NCBI GenBank assembly: GCA_964504685.1
Contig: CAZDGY010000001.1
Span: forward strand, 1 to 34,059
Length of the DNA: 34,059 nucleotides
Source: an uncultured Kofleriaceae bacterium
Lineage (GTDB): Bacteria > Myxococcota_A > Polyangia > Haliangiales > Haliangiaceae
Direction of reading: 5' to 3'
The notes beneath the pieces were generated by a model. The model was not told the origin of the DNA and made no database searches. It saw nothing but the letters and a program-made list of their open reading frames with translations. Position 1 is the stretch's first letter. Every line of letters starts with the position of its first letter. This document shows positions 1 to 8,124 of the stretch, one piece after another. Position numbers and translations under genes: made by a program.

Positions 1-386
1 GATCTCTCGAGGATGGCGTCCATCTGTGGGCGTTGTCGCGTGTCGGCGCGCGCGTGCCGCTGTACGGTCCACTCGACGCGGTGGTCGCGCCATCGAAGGT
101 CGCCGCTTGGATCACCGCGGTGCTCGACGCGGACTGGCCGGAGCCGGACAAGGTCGCGTTCCCGCTCGCGCAACTCGGCCGGCGCACCGGCGATCGCACG
201 CGTGATATCGACGACGCGACGCGCAGCAAGCTCGCGGCGGTCGTGCGCGCGCTACCCGGGGGCGATCGCGCGGTCGTGCTCGTCGAGCAAGTCGTCGCGC
301 TCGAGGCGCGCGAAGAACGCGTCGCGCTCGGCGATACGTTGCCGGCGGGCTTGCGGCTCGTGCTCGACGATTCGAACCCCGAGTAG
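1..386 (+). CDS. Hypothetical protein, 3' fragment (gene begins upstream of the window)
   Basis: Frame 3 is open from nt 3 to the stop at 384-386. Track ORF 33..386 starts on a non-ATG codon inside this open frame. Composition is balanced, unlike the overlapping Arg/Ser-rich ORF 13..543. No domain recognised. Confidence 0.45.
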   Translation, partial: SLEDGVHLWALSRVGARVPLYGPLDAVVAPSKVAAWITAVLDADWPEPDKVAFPLAQLGRRTGDRTRDIDDATRSKLAAVVRALPGGDRAVVLVEQVVALEAREERVALGDTLPAGLRLVLDDSNPE

Positions 387-398
387 CAGTCGGGTACA

Positions 399-1286
399 AT
401 GGCTTCGATGCGCGCAACGCTCGTGCTCGCGGCGCTCGGGCTCGCGAACGGTTGCGGCCGCCTGCGGTTCGCCGACCTCGGCGATGCCGCGCCGCTGGAC
501 GCCGGCTGCACGTTTGGACCCTGGAGTGCGCCGCGTCCGCTGACCGAGCTGTCGAGTACGGCCGACGACTACGGCCCGTGGTTATCGCCCGATCGCTTGA
601 CCGCGCTGGTGTCGTCGAACATCAGCGGCGACTTTCAGATCCTGCTCGCGCAGCGCGCCACGGTGCAATCGCCGTTCACGGCACCGACGGTGATCCCGCT
701 CGGGCCAGGCGCGTATGGCGATCCGTGGCTGTCGCCGGATGGCCTCACGCTCTGGATCGACAGCTCGCCAGCGACGTCGATCCTCAGCGCCACGCGCGCG
801 TCCGTGTCCGAGGCGTTCGCTACGCCCATCGTCGAGACCGAGCTCGCGCTCGGCAAGCCGGAGGTCAACCCGGGCTTATCACTCGACCAGCTGACGATCG
901 CGTTCGATACCCTCACGACGCCACAACACATCTACATCGCGACGCGCACGAGCGTCGCCGACGCGTTCAGCGCTCCGCAATCGCCGCCCTCGCTCGACGT
1001 CGCCACCCAGCAATGCTGCGTGAGCTTCTCCGGGGATGGCACGTTCATGCTGCTCGGTAGCGACCTCGCCACGCCCGGCGTGAAGCATATCGTTCAAGTC
1101 GCAGACAACGGCGACGGCACGTTCGGCGCACCGATCGAGTTCGCACCTACGCTCGTCGGCAATGACGGCACCGACGATACCGACCCGTACATCACGCCGG
1201 GCGGCGACGCCGTGATCTTCGCGTCGCAGCGTGCGCCGGGGCTCGGCTCGCACGACATCTTCGAGGTCGATCGCGAATGTCTGTGA
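399..1286 (+). CDS. TolB-like (PD40/WD40-like beta-propeller repeat) lipoprotein
   Basis: Signal peptide with lipobox (LGLANGC). About five repeats of the PD40-type motif: PWLSPDRLTALVSS, PWLSPDGLTLWIDS, PGLSLDQLTIAFD, VSFSGDGTFMLLGS, PYITPGGDAVIFAS. Confidence 0.75.
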   Translation: MASMRATLVLAALGLANGCGRLRFADLGDAAPLDAGCTFGPWSAPRPLTELSSTADDYGPWLSPDRLTALVSSNISGDFQILLAQRATVQSPFTAPTVIPLGPGAYGDPWLSPDGLTLWIDSSPATSILSATRASVSEAFATPIVETELALGKPEVNPGLSLDQLTIAFDTLTTPQHIYIATRTSVADAFSAPQSPPSLDVATQQCCVSFSGDGTFMLLGSDLATPGVKHIVQVADNGDGTFGAPIEFAPTLVGNDGTDDTDPYITPGGDAVIFASQRAPGLGSHDIFEVDRECL

Positions 1287-1289
1287 ACC

Positions 1290-2504
1290 CTAACGAGAGC
1301 CCATGAACAACAGCGCGAACTGACGCAGCCGCAGCACTGCCGGGATGCCTTCGGCCGAGCTGAACGATAGCGTCTCGGCGAACTTCACGTTGTCCGCGGC
1401 TTGCCACGCGACGTACGCGGTGCCGGCGGGGGTTCCGAGCAAGCCGTTGAGCTTGCTCTCGTACTCGCCTTGGACCTTCGCGACCATCGCATCGCCCTCA
1501 GCGCCGAGCCGACCTTCGATCGCATCCGCTTGCGACGTGATCCGGTTCTTATACTCGAGCGTCTCTGCCTGGATGTTCTTGATGCCGATCAAGTAGTCCT
1601 CGCTGACCGAGTCGGCATCCATGCTGAACACCTTCGCGGCTTCGGCCTTCTTCGCGGAGAGATCGGTCGCGGACAGCGACCCGAGCTTCGCGCGCGACGC
1701 GCCCGGGGTCGCGTCGTCGACGCCGAGCAGGCCGACCTGGTAGGCGCGCTCCAGCTCCGCGATCCGCTTCGCCCATTCGGCCGCCTTCTGCGAGACCTGC
1801 GCGCTCGTGCCCTGCTGATAGTTGTCGAGGCTCTGCTGGGTGTTCGCGAGCTTCTGGCTCGCGGCATCGAGCAGCTTGTTCTGAGCGTTGAGCTGGATCT
1901 GCTGCAGCTGCTTCTCGTACTCGTCGCGAAACGTCACCGCGCGGACGAGCACGGCCTGCGCCTCGAGGTGCATCGCCCCGAGCTGTTTGTTGAGTGCCTT
2001 GAGCGCGGCGTCGCTCGCGTCGAGCCGCTCCTTCGTCGTGTAGAACCCGGCCGAGTCGAGCGCGGCCATTTGCTCGCGCAGCACGCTCGTGGCGGTCTCC
2101 TCGGCGAGCCGCATGTAGCGATAGCGGCCGTCCGGATCGAGCACATGGTTGCCGGCTTCGACGAGCAGGTGCGCCTCGCCCGGTTTGATCCGGACCGGCA
2201 CCGAGACATCGAGGTCGACGGTGTTGTTGTCCTTCGTGCGGATAACGAGCGGCTTCTGTGGGCCAACCTTGTCTTCGGTAAAGTCGAGTACGAAGTAGTT
2301 GCTCGGCAGCAAGATGTACTTGTGCATGCCGGGAATGCGCATGTGCCAACCCGGGCCGAGGTCACTGTCGAGCACGCCGCTGGCCGCGCTCTGGCGCACG
2401 CCGATCTGATTCGGGCCGACCGTGGTCGTGAATACGCCGCTGATCAGCCACAGCACGATCGCGCCAAGCACGATGATCTTCGAAGCGCGGACGAGTCCCT
2501 TCAC
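1290..2504 (-). CDS. SPFH/band-7 (HflK/HflC-like) membrane protein with coiled-coil C-terminus
   Basis: N-terminal TM helix followed by an SPFH-type core (VGPNQIGVRQS...GWHMRIPGMHKYILLPS...PLVIRTKDNNTVDLDVSVPVRI) and a long Gln/Ala/Glu-rich helical tail. The GTG start overlaps the upstream stop (GTGA) and has GGAGG 6 nt upstream. Confidence 0.85.
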   Translation of the reverse strand: MKGLVRASKIIVLGAIVLWLISGVFTTTVGPNQIGVRQSAASGVLDSDLGPGWHMRIPGMHKYILLPSNYFVLDFTEDKVGPQKPLVIRTKDNNTVDLDVSVPVRIKPGEAHLLVEAGNHVLDPDGRYRYMRLAEETATSVLREQMAALDSAGFYTTKERLDASDAALKALNKQLGAMHLEAQAVLVRAVTFRDEYEKQLQQIQLNAQNKLLDAASQKLANTQQSLDNYQQGTSAQVSQKAAEWAKRIAELERAYQVGLLGVDDATPGASRAKLGSLSATDLSAKKAEAAKVFSMDADSVSEDYLIGIKNIQAETLEYKNRITSQADAIEGRLGAEGDAMVAKVQGEYESKLNGLLGTPAGTAYVAWQAADNVKFAETLSFSSAEGIPAVLRLRQFALLFMGSR

Positions 2505-3610
2505 TTGGCACCTCCGATGTTCTCGAGTTGGACTCGAGTCGGATTGCCGTCCTGGCGCACCGGTTGGATCTCGATCGTCACGCCCTTGAGCCGCTCGCCG
2601 AGCCGCTCCATCACGCGCTCGACCGGTTGGTTGCGGAACGCGTCGATCTGCGCTTTGCGCGACTGATACTGCGCGTCGAGCTGGCCCTTGAGCTCGTCGG
2701 CCTTGCTCTTCGCGGCGGAGCGCGCCGCTTCACCCGCGGCGAGCTTGTCGACGCGATAGCCGTCGACTTCGCGATGGGTCTGGGTGTTCGCGGTGACCGC
2801 CTCGGCCAGTGCAGCTTCGAGCTCCGCGCGCTTGGTCTGGTTGATCTTGTTCTGGTCGCGTTCGACTTCGGCGAGCTTGCGGGCGCGCTCGGTCTGCGCG
2901 CGCTCGAGATCCGAGCCGATGACCGCGAGCTGGTTCTCGGCCTGGTTGCGCGCTTCGATCAGGTCCTCGTACTCCTTCGAGAACCGCGGGCGCGGCGTGA
3001 CGATGCTCGTGACCTCGATGCCGTGCTGACCGAGCATCTTGTTCATGCCGGTCTTCGCGAGCGCCTCGGCCTCGCCGAACTTCGTCGGGTTCGACGCGTC
3101 GATCGTCGTCAAGTTGCCGAACTCGTCGCGCATGATCGCGCGCGCGTACGGCAGCATCCACTCGTAGTACGCGTGATCGAGGCCGGAGTCGCGCAGCGTC
3201 TCGTCGGCCTTGCTCGGAATCGCGCGGAACAAGATCGTCGTGTCGTTGAACGAGAAGCTCGAGCCGTCTTTCGCGCGGACATCGAGCTCGCGAACCTCGA
3301 GCGGACTCTTGTTCGCGGTGCCGCGCAAGTGGAACGTCTGCGGGCTGACGTCGAGAATGTAGACGTCTTGGATGCCGAACGGCAGCCGAGTGATGAGCCC
3401 CGGTTGGGTGATGACTTCCATCGACCCGGTGACGTTGTTGACGCGCACCGCGACCTGCCCGGCTTCGACCGACGCGCAGGAGTGGATGCCGATAAACGCG
3501 AGCACGATCGCGCCGCCGGCGAGCCACAGCCGCGACGGCTCGCTCCCTGCACCGCGTAGGATGTTGAAGATCGACCGAATGCGGTCTTTGGGGTCCTTGG
3601 GATCAGCCAT
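2501..3610 (-). CDS. SPFH/band-7 (HflK/HflC-like) membrane protein
   Basis: TM helix, then an SPFH core (VEAGQVAVRVNNVTGSMEVITQPGLITRLPFGIQDVYILDVSPQTF) and a coiled-coil tail. I prefer the ATG at 3610 (MADPKDPK...) because GGAGG lies 4 nt upstream. The track ORF extends to a GTG at 3628. Confidence 0.85.
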   Translation of the reverse strand: MADPKDPKDRIRSIFNILRGAGSEPSRLWLAGGAIVLAFIGIHSCASVEAGQVAVRVNNVTGSMEVITQPGLITRLPFGIQDVYILDVSPQTFHLRGTANKSPLEVRELDVRAKDGSSFSFNDTTILFRAIPSKADETLRDSGLDHAYYEWMLPYARAIMRDEFGNLTTIDASNPTKFGEAEALAKTGMNKMLGQHGIEVTSIVTPRPRFSKEYEDLIEARNQAENQLAVIGSDLERAQTERARKLAEVERDQNKINQTKRAELEAALAEAVTANTQTHREVDGYRVDKLAAGEAARSAAKSKADELKGQLDAQYQSRKAQIDAFRNQPVERVMERLGERLKGVTIEIQPVRQDGNPTRVQLENIGGAK

Positions 3611-3638
3611 AGCGCCTCCGCCGCGCACCTTAGCCCTT

Positions 3639-5711
3639 CTATCGGCGGCGGACGATGACGGCGAGCAGATCTTCGCTCGGCGGCCCGGCGCGCAACGCCG
3701 TCTCGACCACGACGCTCGCTAGCCGACCGCCAGCCGGCGCGATCTCGCGCAGCGTTTCGAGCCAACGGGCATCATCGCTGCCGCGCAGCCCGGTCGAGGC
3801 CACGACGACGAGCGTCGCAGGCGGATAGCCGGTTCGGCCGCGCGTCGCGATCGACAGGCTTGCACCGGCGCGCTCGCCGCTCGCGCCGGGCCCGATCGCG
3901 ATCGGCCTCGGCCGCGGACCGCCGGGTGCGGAGCCGACCGGAAACTCGGCATCGACTTCGATCGGCCCGACGAGCGCCGCGCCCGGGTGTCCAGCGCACG
4001 CCCACTCGATCAGCTGTTGCTCGGCGTCGAGGATCGCGAGAAATGCGGCGACCGGCTCGCCGCCGCGCATCACGCCGTCGGCGCTCGCTTGCATCGCCGC
4101 GAGTAACTCGTCGAGCCGCAAGCCGGACGCGCCGGTCGTCGCCGCGGCAAATGCGCCGGTCACCGCGGCGGTTGCGAGCGCCGCCGCAACGCCGTGCGCC
4201 TGTGATTCGGTGACGAGCAACGCGAGCCGGCCGTCGCCGAGCTCGGTCGCCGACCACCCCGCGCCGCCGCGCTTTGCGGTGCGATATTCGACCATCACCG
4301 CCCAGCGGCCGAGCTCGGCATCGCGGCTCGCCGAGGCTTGCAGGCGAAGCGCGTCGGCGACCTCGACCTCGCGCGCGGTTTCGCGTTCGCGCGCCGCCGA
4401 TCGCGCGAGCCCGATGAACGTCATCGCCCGTGCGGCGGCTCGCGCCGATTCGATGATCAGCCCGCGCTCGCCCTCGCGCAACGCGCGGTCGTACATCGCC
4501 TCGACGAGGCCCACGAGCTCGCCGCGATCGACGAGCGGCACGAGCAAGTCGACGCCGCGCTCCGCCGCGAGCGCCTCGAGCGGTCCGCGATTCGTGCCGA
4601 GTCGCATCGTCGCGAGATCGGTGACCGCGAGCGCTTCGCTCGTTCGAACGAACCACGCGACGAGCTCCGGCGCCAGTTGCCAACGTTGGCCATTGCATAC
4701 GAGCTCCCCGGCTTCGGTCCACCACGTCGCGCGCGCGTCGATGCCGATCGAGCGCTTCCACAGGGTCGCCAACCGCTCGGCGACCGCGGCGCCATCCTCG
4801 AGCTCTGCTACTCGCGCGACGAACTGCTCGAGCGCGCGCTCACCGGCGACCCGCGCCGGGCGGCGGCGGCCGATCGTCCATGCGACGCCGGTGATGACCG
4901 TCCACGCGCTCGCTCCGAGTCCGGCGAGCACGACCGGCGAGCCGTCCGGCATCACCAGCGCGACCGTGCCGACCGCGACGATGATCGCACCGAAGCCGCC
5001 GACCTCGAGAGCGACGCCGCGATCGAACCCTTGCGGCCGCAGCAGATCGGTCGCGAGCACGAGGTACAGCGTGAACAGCGCGGCGATCAGCGCGGCGAAC
5101 CAGGCGACCGGATAGCTGCCTCCTTGGTGGTAGAGCAACAGCGTGTCGCTCGAGCCGACCGCGCCGAGCACGAACACGCCGATCATCATCCGCACGATCC
5201 GCCGGCGTTCGCCGCGTGGGGTCGACCGCCCGACGATCACGAGTCCAACCCCGAGCCAACCGACGAGCAGCGACAAGTGGAGCGCGGTCAGCGGCCCGGG
5301 CTGGACGTAGTACATCCCCGACGACAGCTGCTGCACACCCGGCACGGTCCACGGCGTCGCCCAACACGCGATCGTGAACGCGGTGCCGATGATGCCCGAG
5401 ATCCGCGCGAGCCAGCGATAGCGCTCGAGCTGACCACTGACGCCGAGCAACACGAGCAAGAGGTTCGGGCCGACGAGCGCGATCGGCGCATTGCCGAGCC
5501 GCAACAACCGAGTCGCGACTTCGGGGTCGTGGGTGCACGCGGCGAGCGCTTGGCACACCGTCCATGGCGCCGCGCTGAACGCCGCGCTGATCACGCCGAG
5601 GCGCAACACGCGATCGCCGCGAACCAACGCCGCTGCGAGTGCAACCGCGAGCACGGCGACAGTGCACGCCACGTAAGGCGCGCACAGCCAGCTCCACTGC
5701 AGATCGAACAC
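3639..5711 (-). CDS. Polytopic membrane protein with C-terminal SpoIIE/PP2C-like domain (catalytic residues apparently degenerate)
   Basis: About 280 aa of repeated hydrophobic helices, a central soluble region, then a C-terminal ~235 aa with SpoIIE-like layout (..LLVTESQAHGVAAALATAAVTG.., ..WACAGHPGAALVG.., ..LVVVASTGL.., ..EDLLAVIV). It starts 10 nt downstream of the preceding gene and is 10 nt upstream of the next. Confidence 0.75.
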   Translation of the reverse strand: MFDLQWSWLCAPYVACTVAVLAVALAAALVRGDRVLRLGVISAAFSAAPWTVCQALAACTHDPEVATRLLRLGNAPIALVGPNLLLVLLGVSGQLERYRWLARISGIIGTAFTIACWATPWTVPGVQQLSSGMYYVQPGPLTALHLSLLVGWLGVGLVIVGRSTPRGERRRIVRMMIGVFVLGAVGSSDTLLLYHQGGSYPVAWFAALIAALFTLYLVLATDLLRPQGFDRGVALEVGGFGAIIVAVGTVALVMPDGSPVVLAGLGASAWTVITGVAWTIGRRRPARVAGERALEQFVARVAELEDGAAVAERLATLWKRSIGIDARATWWTEAGELVCNGQRWQLAPELVAWFVRTSEALAVTDLATMRLGTNRGPLEALAAERGVDLLVPLVDRGELVGLVEAMYDRALREGERGLIIESARAAARAMTFIGLARSAARERETAREVEVADALRLQASASRDAELGRWAVMVEYRTAKRGGAGWSATELGDGRLALLVTESQAHGVAAALATAAVTGAFAAATTGASGLRLDELLAAMQASADGVMRGGEPVAAFLAILDAEQQLIEWACAGHPGAALVGPIEVDAEFPVGSAPGGPRPRPIAIGPGASGERAGASLSIATRGRTGYPPATLVVVASTGLRGSDDARWLETLREIAPAGGRLASVVVETALRAGPPSEDLLAVIVRRR

Positions 5712-5721
5712 TGCGCCGATG

Positions 5722-6309
5722 TTACGGCGGGCCGACCTGGAGGGTCACGACATAGTCATTGAAGTTGCACGCGCCGTTGCAATCGCCCGCTCCGGTCGGC
5801 GCGACCTCGATGCCGTAGTGCCCGCTGTTCGCGAGCGCGCCCGTCAAGCATTGCTCGGCGTCGACGCCGGGTGAATCGGGGCAGGCGTCGCTCGTCGCGA
5901 TCAGTGAATTCGCATCGAGGTCCCAGAGCTGAACGTCGAGCACTTCGAACGCGAGCGGCGACCTCGAGCGAATCGTGGCGACGATCGCGCTGCAGTTCGC
6001 CGACGTCTGGAACACGAGCCAGTTCGCGGTGTCTCCGGCCGCGAGACAGCCGTCGGTCTCGACCGGCACGGTCGAGCAACGCTGGACGCCAAGCGAAAAA
6101 CCCTGCGCCGCGGTGTCATCGGGCTCGTGCAGCACCGACGGATCGCACGCGAACGGTTCGGCGGTGCCGGTGAACACGCACGTGCCGTCGGCGCCGTTGC
6201 ATTCTTGGCCCGACGGGCACAGCTCTTCGGAGCCGCACAGGTACGCGCCCTCGCCGATCGATGGCGAGCACGCGGCGAGCGCGAGCGCGGCGATCGCGAA
6301 CGCGCGCAT
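5722..6309 (-). CDS. Cys-rich lipoprotein with pre-peptidase C-terminal (PPC)-like domain
   Basis: Trimmed to the internal ATG at 6309 (MRAFAIAALALAACS, lipobox). The upstream part of track ORF 5722..6870 is Arg-rich and overlaps the next gene. The C-terminal half resembles a PPC domain (DTANWLVF...VLDVQLWDLDANSLIATSD...SGHYGIEVAP...YVVTLQV). The start overlaps the upstream stop by 1 nt (TGATG). Confidence 0.7.
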   Translation of the reverse strand: MRAFAIAALALAACSPSIGEGAYLCGSEELCPSGQECNGADGTCVFTGTAEPFACDPSVLHEPDDTAAQGFSLGVQRCSTVPVETDGCLAAGDTANWLVFQTSANCSAIVATIRSRSPLAFEVLDVQLWDLDANSLIATSDACPDSPGVDAEQCLTGALANSGHYGIEVAPTGAGDCNGACNFNDYVVTLQVGPP

Positions 6310-6929
6310 CAGAACGTCCACGCTCCGCCGAGGATCGCGCCGCCGGGCGTCGGGGCAACGGTCGGCTGCGGTCGACCGTATCCGTGCGGCCGGATCGCGG
6401 TCACTTCCTCTTTCGGCGCGGTGACGATGTACGCGATTGCCGCGGTGATCAGCGCAGCGCCGCCCAGCCCGTAGAACACGCCTGCGACGACACCCGAGCT
6501 GTGCGCTCGGTCGTACGCTTTTTGGTCGGCCGCCGTCCACGGGATCGCGGTCGCTTGGACGAGCGAGATCTTGTTGGCCTGCGCTTGCGAATCGAGGTTG
6601 AACGCGACCCCGACGAGACCGAGCACCGCCGCACCGCCGGCGATACTGCCGAGCACGACCACGTTCTTCGTCGAACGATCCGCGTGGCTCGTAATCGTGT
6701 ACACCGGTCCGACCGGCTCGGGCTTCACCGAGCTCGGCGGTTGCGGCTGGACCGGCGCAGCAGGAGGCGGCGCGGGCGCCGGCTCGGGAGTCGGCTCCGT
6801 CGGTGTGGGCGGCGCAGGCTCCGGCGAGGGCGGTGGCGGCGCAGGCTCGTCGGCGCGCGCTGGCACACACGTCCCAGCTATCGCCACGGCGGTTGCGTAC
6901 GCGATAGCGCGCTGGATACCGGGGAGCAT
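6309..6929 (-). CDS. Proline-rich membrane/secreted protein, hypothetical
   Basis: I prefer the ATG at 6929 (MLPGIQRAIAYATAVAIAGTCVPARA, signal-like); the track ORF begins at a TTG at 6947. About 55 aa of a Pro/Glu/Thr-rich linker, then two hydrophobic helices (VVVLGSIAGGAAVLGLVGVAF, VVAGVFYGLGGAALITAAIAYIV). Ends ...GGAWTF. Confidence 0.6.
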   Translation of the reverse strand: MLPGIQRAIAYATAVAIAGTCVPARADEPAPPPPSPEPAPPTPTEPTPEPAPAPPPAAPVQPQPPSSVKPEPVGPVYTITSHADRSTKNVVVLGSIAGGAAVLGLVGVAFNLDSQAQANKISLVQATAIPWTAADQKAYDRAHSSGVVAGVFYGLGGAALITAAIAYIVTAPKEEVTAIRPHGYGRPQPTVAPTPGGAILGGAWTF

Positions 6930-6939
6930 CGGTGTGCGG

Positions 6940-6948
6940 TGATACAAT
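6940..6948 (+). promoter_or_regulatory. Extended -10-like element TGATACAAT upstream of the PilZ gene
   Basis: TGn+TACAAT at 6940-6948, 8 nt before the GTG start at 6957. It stands out as AT-rich in a very GC-rich context. Confidence 0.35.
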
Positions 6949-6956
6949 AGACCTCG

Positions 6957-7625
6957 GTGTCGCGTCGCGCGCCCCGCTATCGGATCTCGCTATCGGCCAC
7001 TGTCTCCCCGCTGCTCGGGGGTGACATTGTGGTGTGTCGCACCCGTGACGTGTCCGACGTCGGAATGTGTCTCGACACCGCGGCGTGGTTGCCAGTCGGC
7101 ACGCGGGTGTCGGTCAGCCTCGCGGATCCGTCCGGCGGCTCGCTCGAGACGATCGGCGACGTGGTGCGCGAAGCAAACGGCGTCAATCCCGCGCTCGGCG
7201 TGCTGCTGATCGAGCCGTCGCTCGAGTGGAAATCGCTCGTCGCGCATGCGGCTCGCACGTCGGGCCCGATCGAGCGCGCCGGCAAGCGGATGCGCGTGCT
7301 CGTCGTCGGCGACGATCATCGGCAACGCGGGGCGATGGCGCTTTACGTGTCCAGCGGTTGGGATGTGTTGTTCGCGAGCGACGATCAGAGCGTGCGCGAG
7401 GCGCTCGATCACATCCCGCTCGATGCGGTGATCGCCGAGCTCGATGCCGGCGACCCGCGGGTCGAAGGGATCATGGACGACGTCGAGCACGCGCAGCCTC
7501 AGGCGCGCCGGATCGTGCGCGGCGTCGGCAAAGGCTCGGTCGCGCTCGTCCATCGCTACGTCGATCGCGACGCGGGGCTCGAAGCGCTCGTCGACGCAGT
7601 GACCGCGAACTTCACCGCGGGATAG
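6957..7625 (+). CDS. PilZ domain protein fused to a degenerate receiver-like domain
   Basis: The N-terminus has both PilZ c-di-GMP motifs: RRAPR (RxxxR) and DVSDVG (DxSxxG) ~20 aa later. The C-terminal half resembles a CheY-like fold (RVLVVGDD...LDAVIAELDAGD), but Glu occupies the position where the phospho-acceptor Asp normally sits. Confidence 0.8.
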   Translation: MSRRAPRYRISLSATVSPLLGGDIVVCRTRDVSDVGMCLDTAAWLPVGTRVSVSLADPSGGSLETIGDVVREANGVNPALGVLLIEPSLEWKSLVAHAARTSGPIERAGKRMRVLVVGDDHRQRGAMALYVSSGWDVLFASDDQSVREALDHIPLDAVIAELDAGDPRVEGIMDDVEHAQPQARRIVRGVGKGSVALVHRYVDRDAGLEALVDAVTANFTAG

Positions 7626-7626
7626 G

Positions 7627-8124
7627 CTACGTCGCCGGGTAGTCGTCGTCGCCTTGGAGCTCGAGGCGGACGATGCTCGCGCGCTGTTTGTCGAGCACTT
7701 CGCGGAGCTGGCGCTGCGCCATCTCTTCGCGCAACCGCGCCGCTCGATCGCGCCCGGCACGAGCGACCGCTGCAAGCGACACGACGCGCGCGACCGAGAC
7801 CGCGACTTCAGTCGCTGCTTCGATCACGACCATGCGATCGGCGGGATCGCGAAACGCGCGATCGACGGCGACCATCAGGCGATCGAACACGAGCTCGGCG
7901 TCGGTCACCACGACCTCTTCGGTGTCGCCCCACGCGAGCCGGCGCGCGACTGCGTCGTGCAGCGTCAGATCGAGGCCGGATGCCGAATCGCTGCCGATCG
8001 ACAGCGCGCGCAACAAGCCGTCGAAGACCTCGGCGCCGGGCGGATCGCGATCACCATGCTCGACGGTATCGAGCACTTCGTCGCGCAATACGCGGATCGC
8101 TTCGACTAGATCGACGTCCGACAT
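7627..8124 (-). CDS. Hypothetical acidic helical protein (165 aa)
   Basis: Trimmed to the ATG at 8124 (MSDVDLVEAIRVLRDEVL...). The rest of track ORF 7627..9015 is Arg-rich and antisense or out of frame relative to the PP2C gene. The start overlaps the PP2C stop by 1 nt (TGATG). Confidence 0.6.
   Translation of the reverse strand: MSDVDLVEAIRVLRDEVLDTVEHGDRDPPGAEVFDGLLRALSIGSDSASGLDLTLHDAVARRLAWGDTEEVVVTDAELVFDRLMVAVDRAFRDPADRMVVIEAATEVAVSVARVVSLAAVARAGRDRAARLREEMAQRQLREVLDKQRASIVRLELQGDDDYPAT

Noticed and set aside
13-543. 176-aa ORF at the left edge, and the antisense ORF 112..417
   Set aside because: The translation is Arg/Ser/Cys-rich and runs across the start of the TolB-like lipoprotein gene. 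The alternative frame (1..386) has a protein-like composition and stops just before that gene.
1401-3559. ORFs 1401..2666 (+, 421 aa) and 2528..3559 (+, 343 aa), antisense to the two SPFH genes
   Set aside because: Arg/Leu/Asp-biased low-information translations with no domains. The minus-strand frames carry SPFH motifs, SD sequences and coupled starts.
399-3610. Tol-Pal or HflKC-FtsH interpretation of the TolB-like and SPFH genes
   Set aside because: No TolQ/R/A, Pal, CpoB or FtsH genes are adjacent. The TolB-like gene is on the opposite strand, convergent with the SPFH pair. The similarity is at repeat or domain level only.
3772-5762. ORFs 4338..5762 (+, 474 aa), 4210..5115 (+), 3772..4761 (-) and 4840..5697 (-), overlapping the SpoIIE-like gene
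   Set aside because: All are Arg/Ser/Asp-rich alternative frames of the same GC-rich region. Only the 3639..5711 frame gives coherent TM helices followed by a SpoIIE-like domain.
6720-6870. Short GC-rich nucleotide repeats (e.g. ggcgcaggctc twice around 6800-6850; ggcagcggcagcggcagc near 15487; GS-coding repeats near 13700) as possible CRISPR or tandem-repeat elements
   Set aside because: They lie inside coding regions and encode low-complexity Pro-rich or Gly/Ser linkers. They show no regular repeat-spacer architecture and there are no cas genes.
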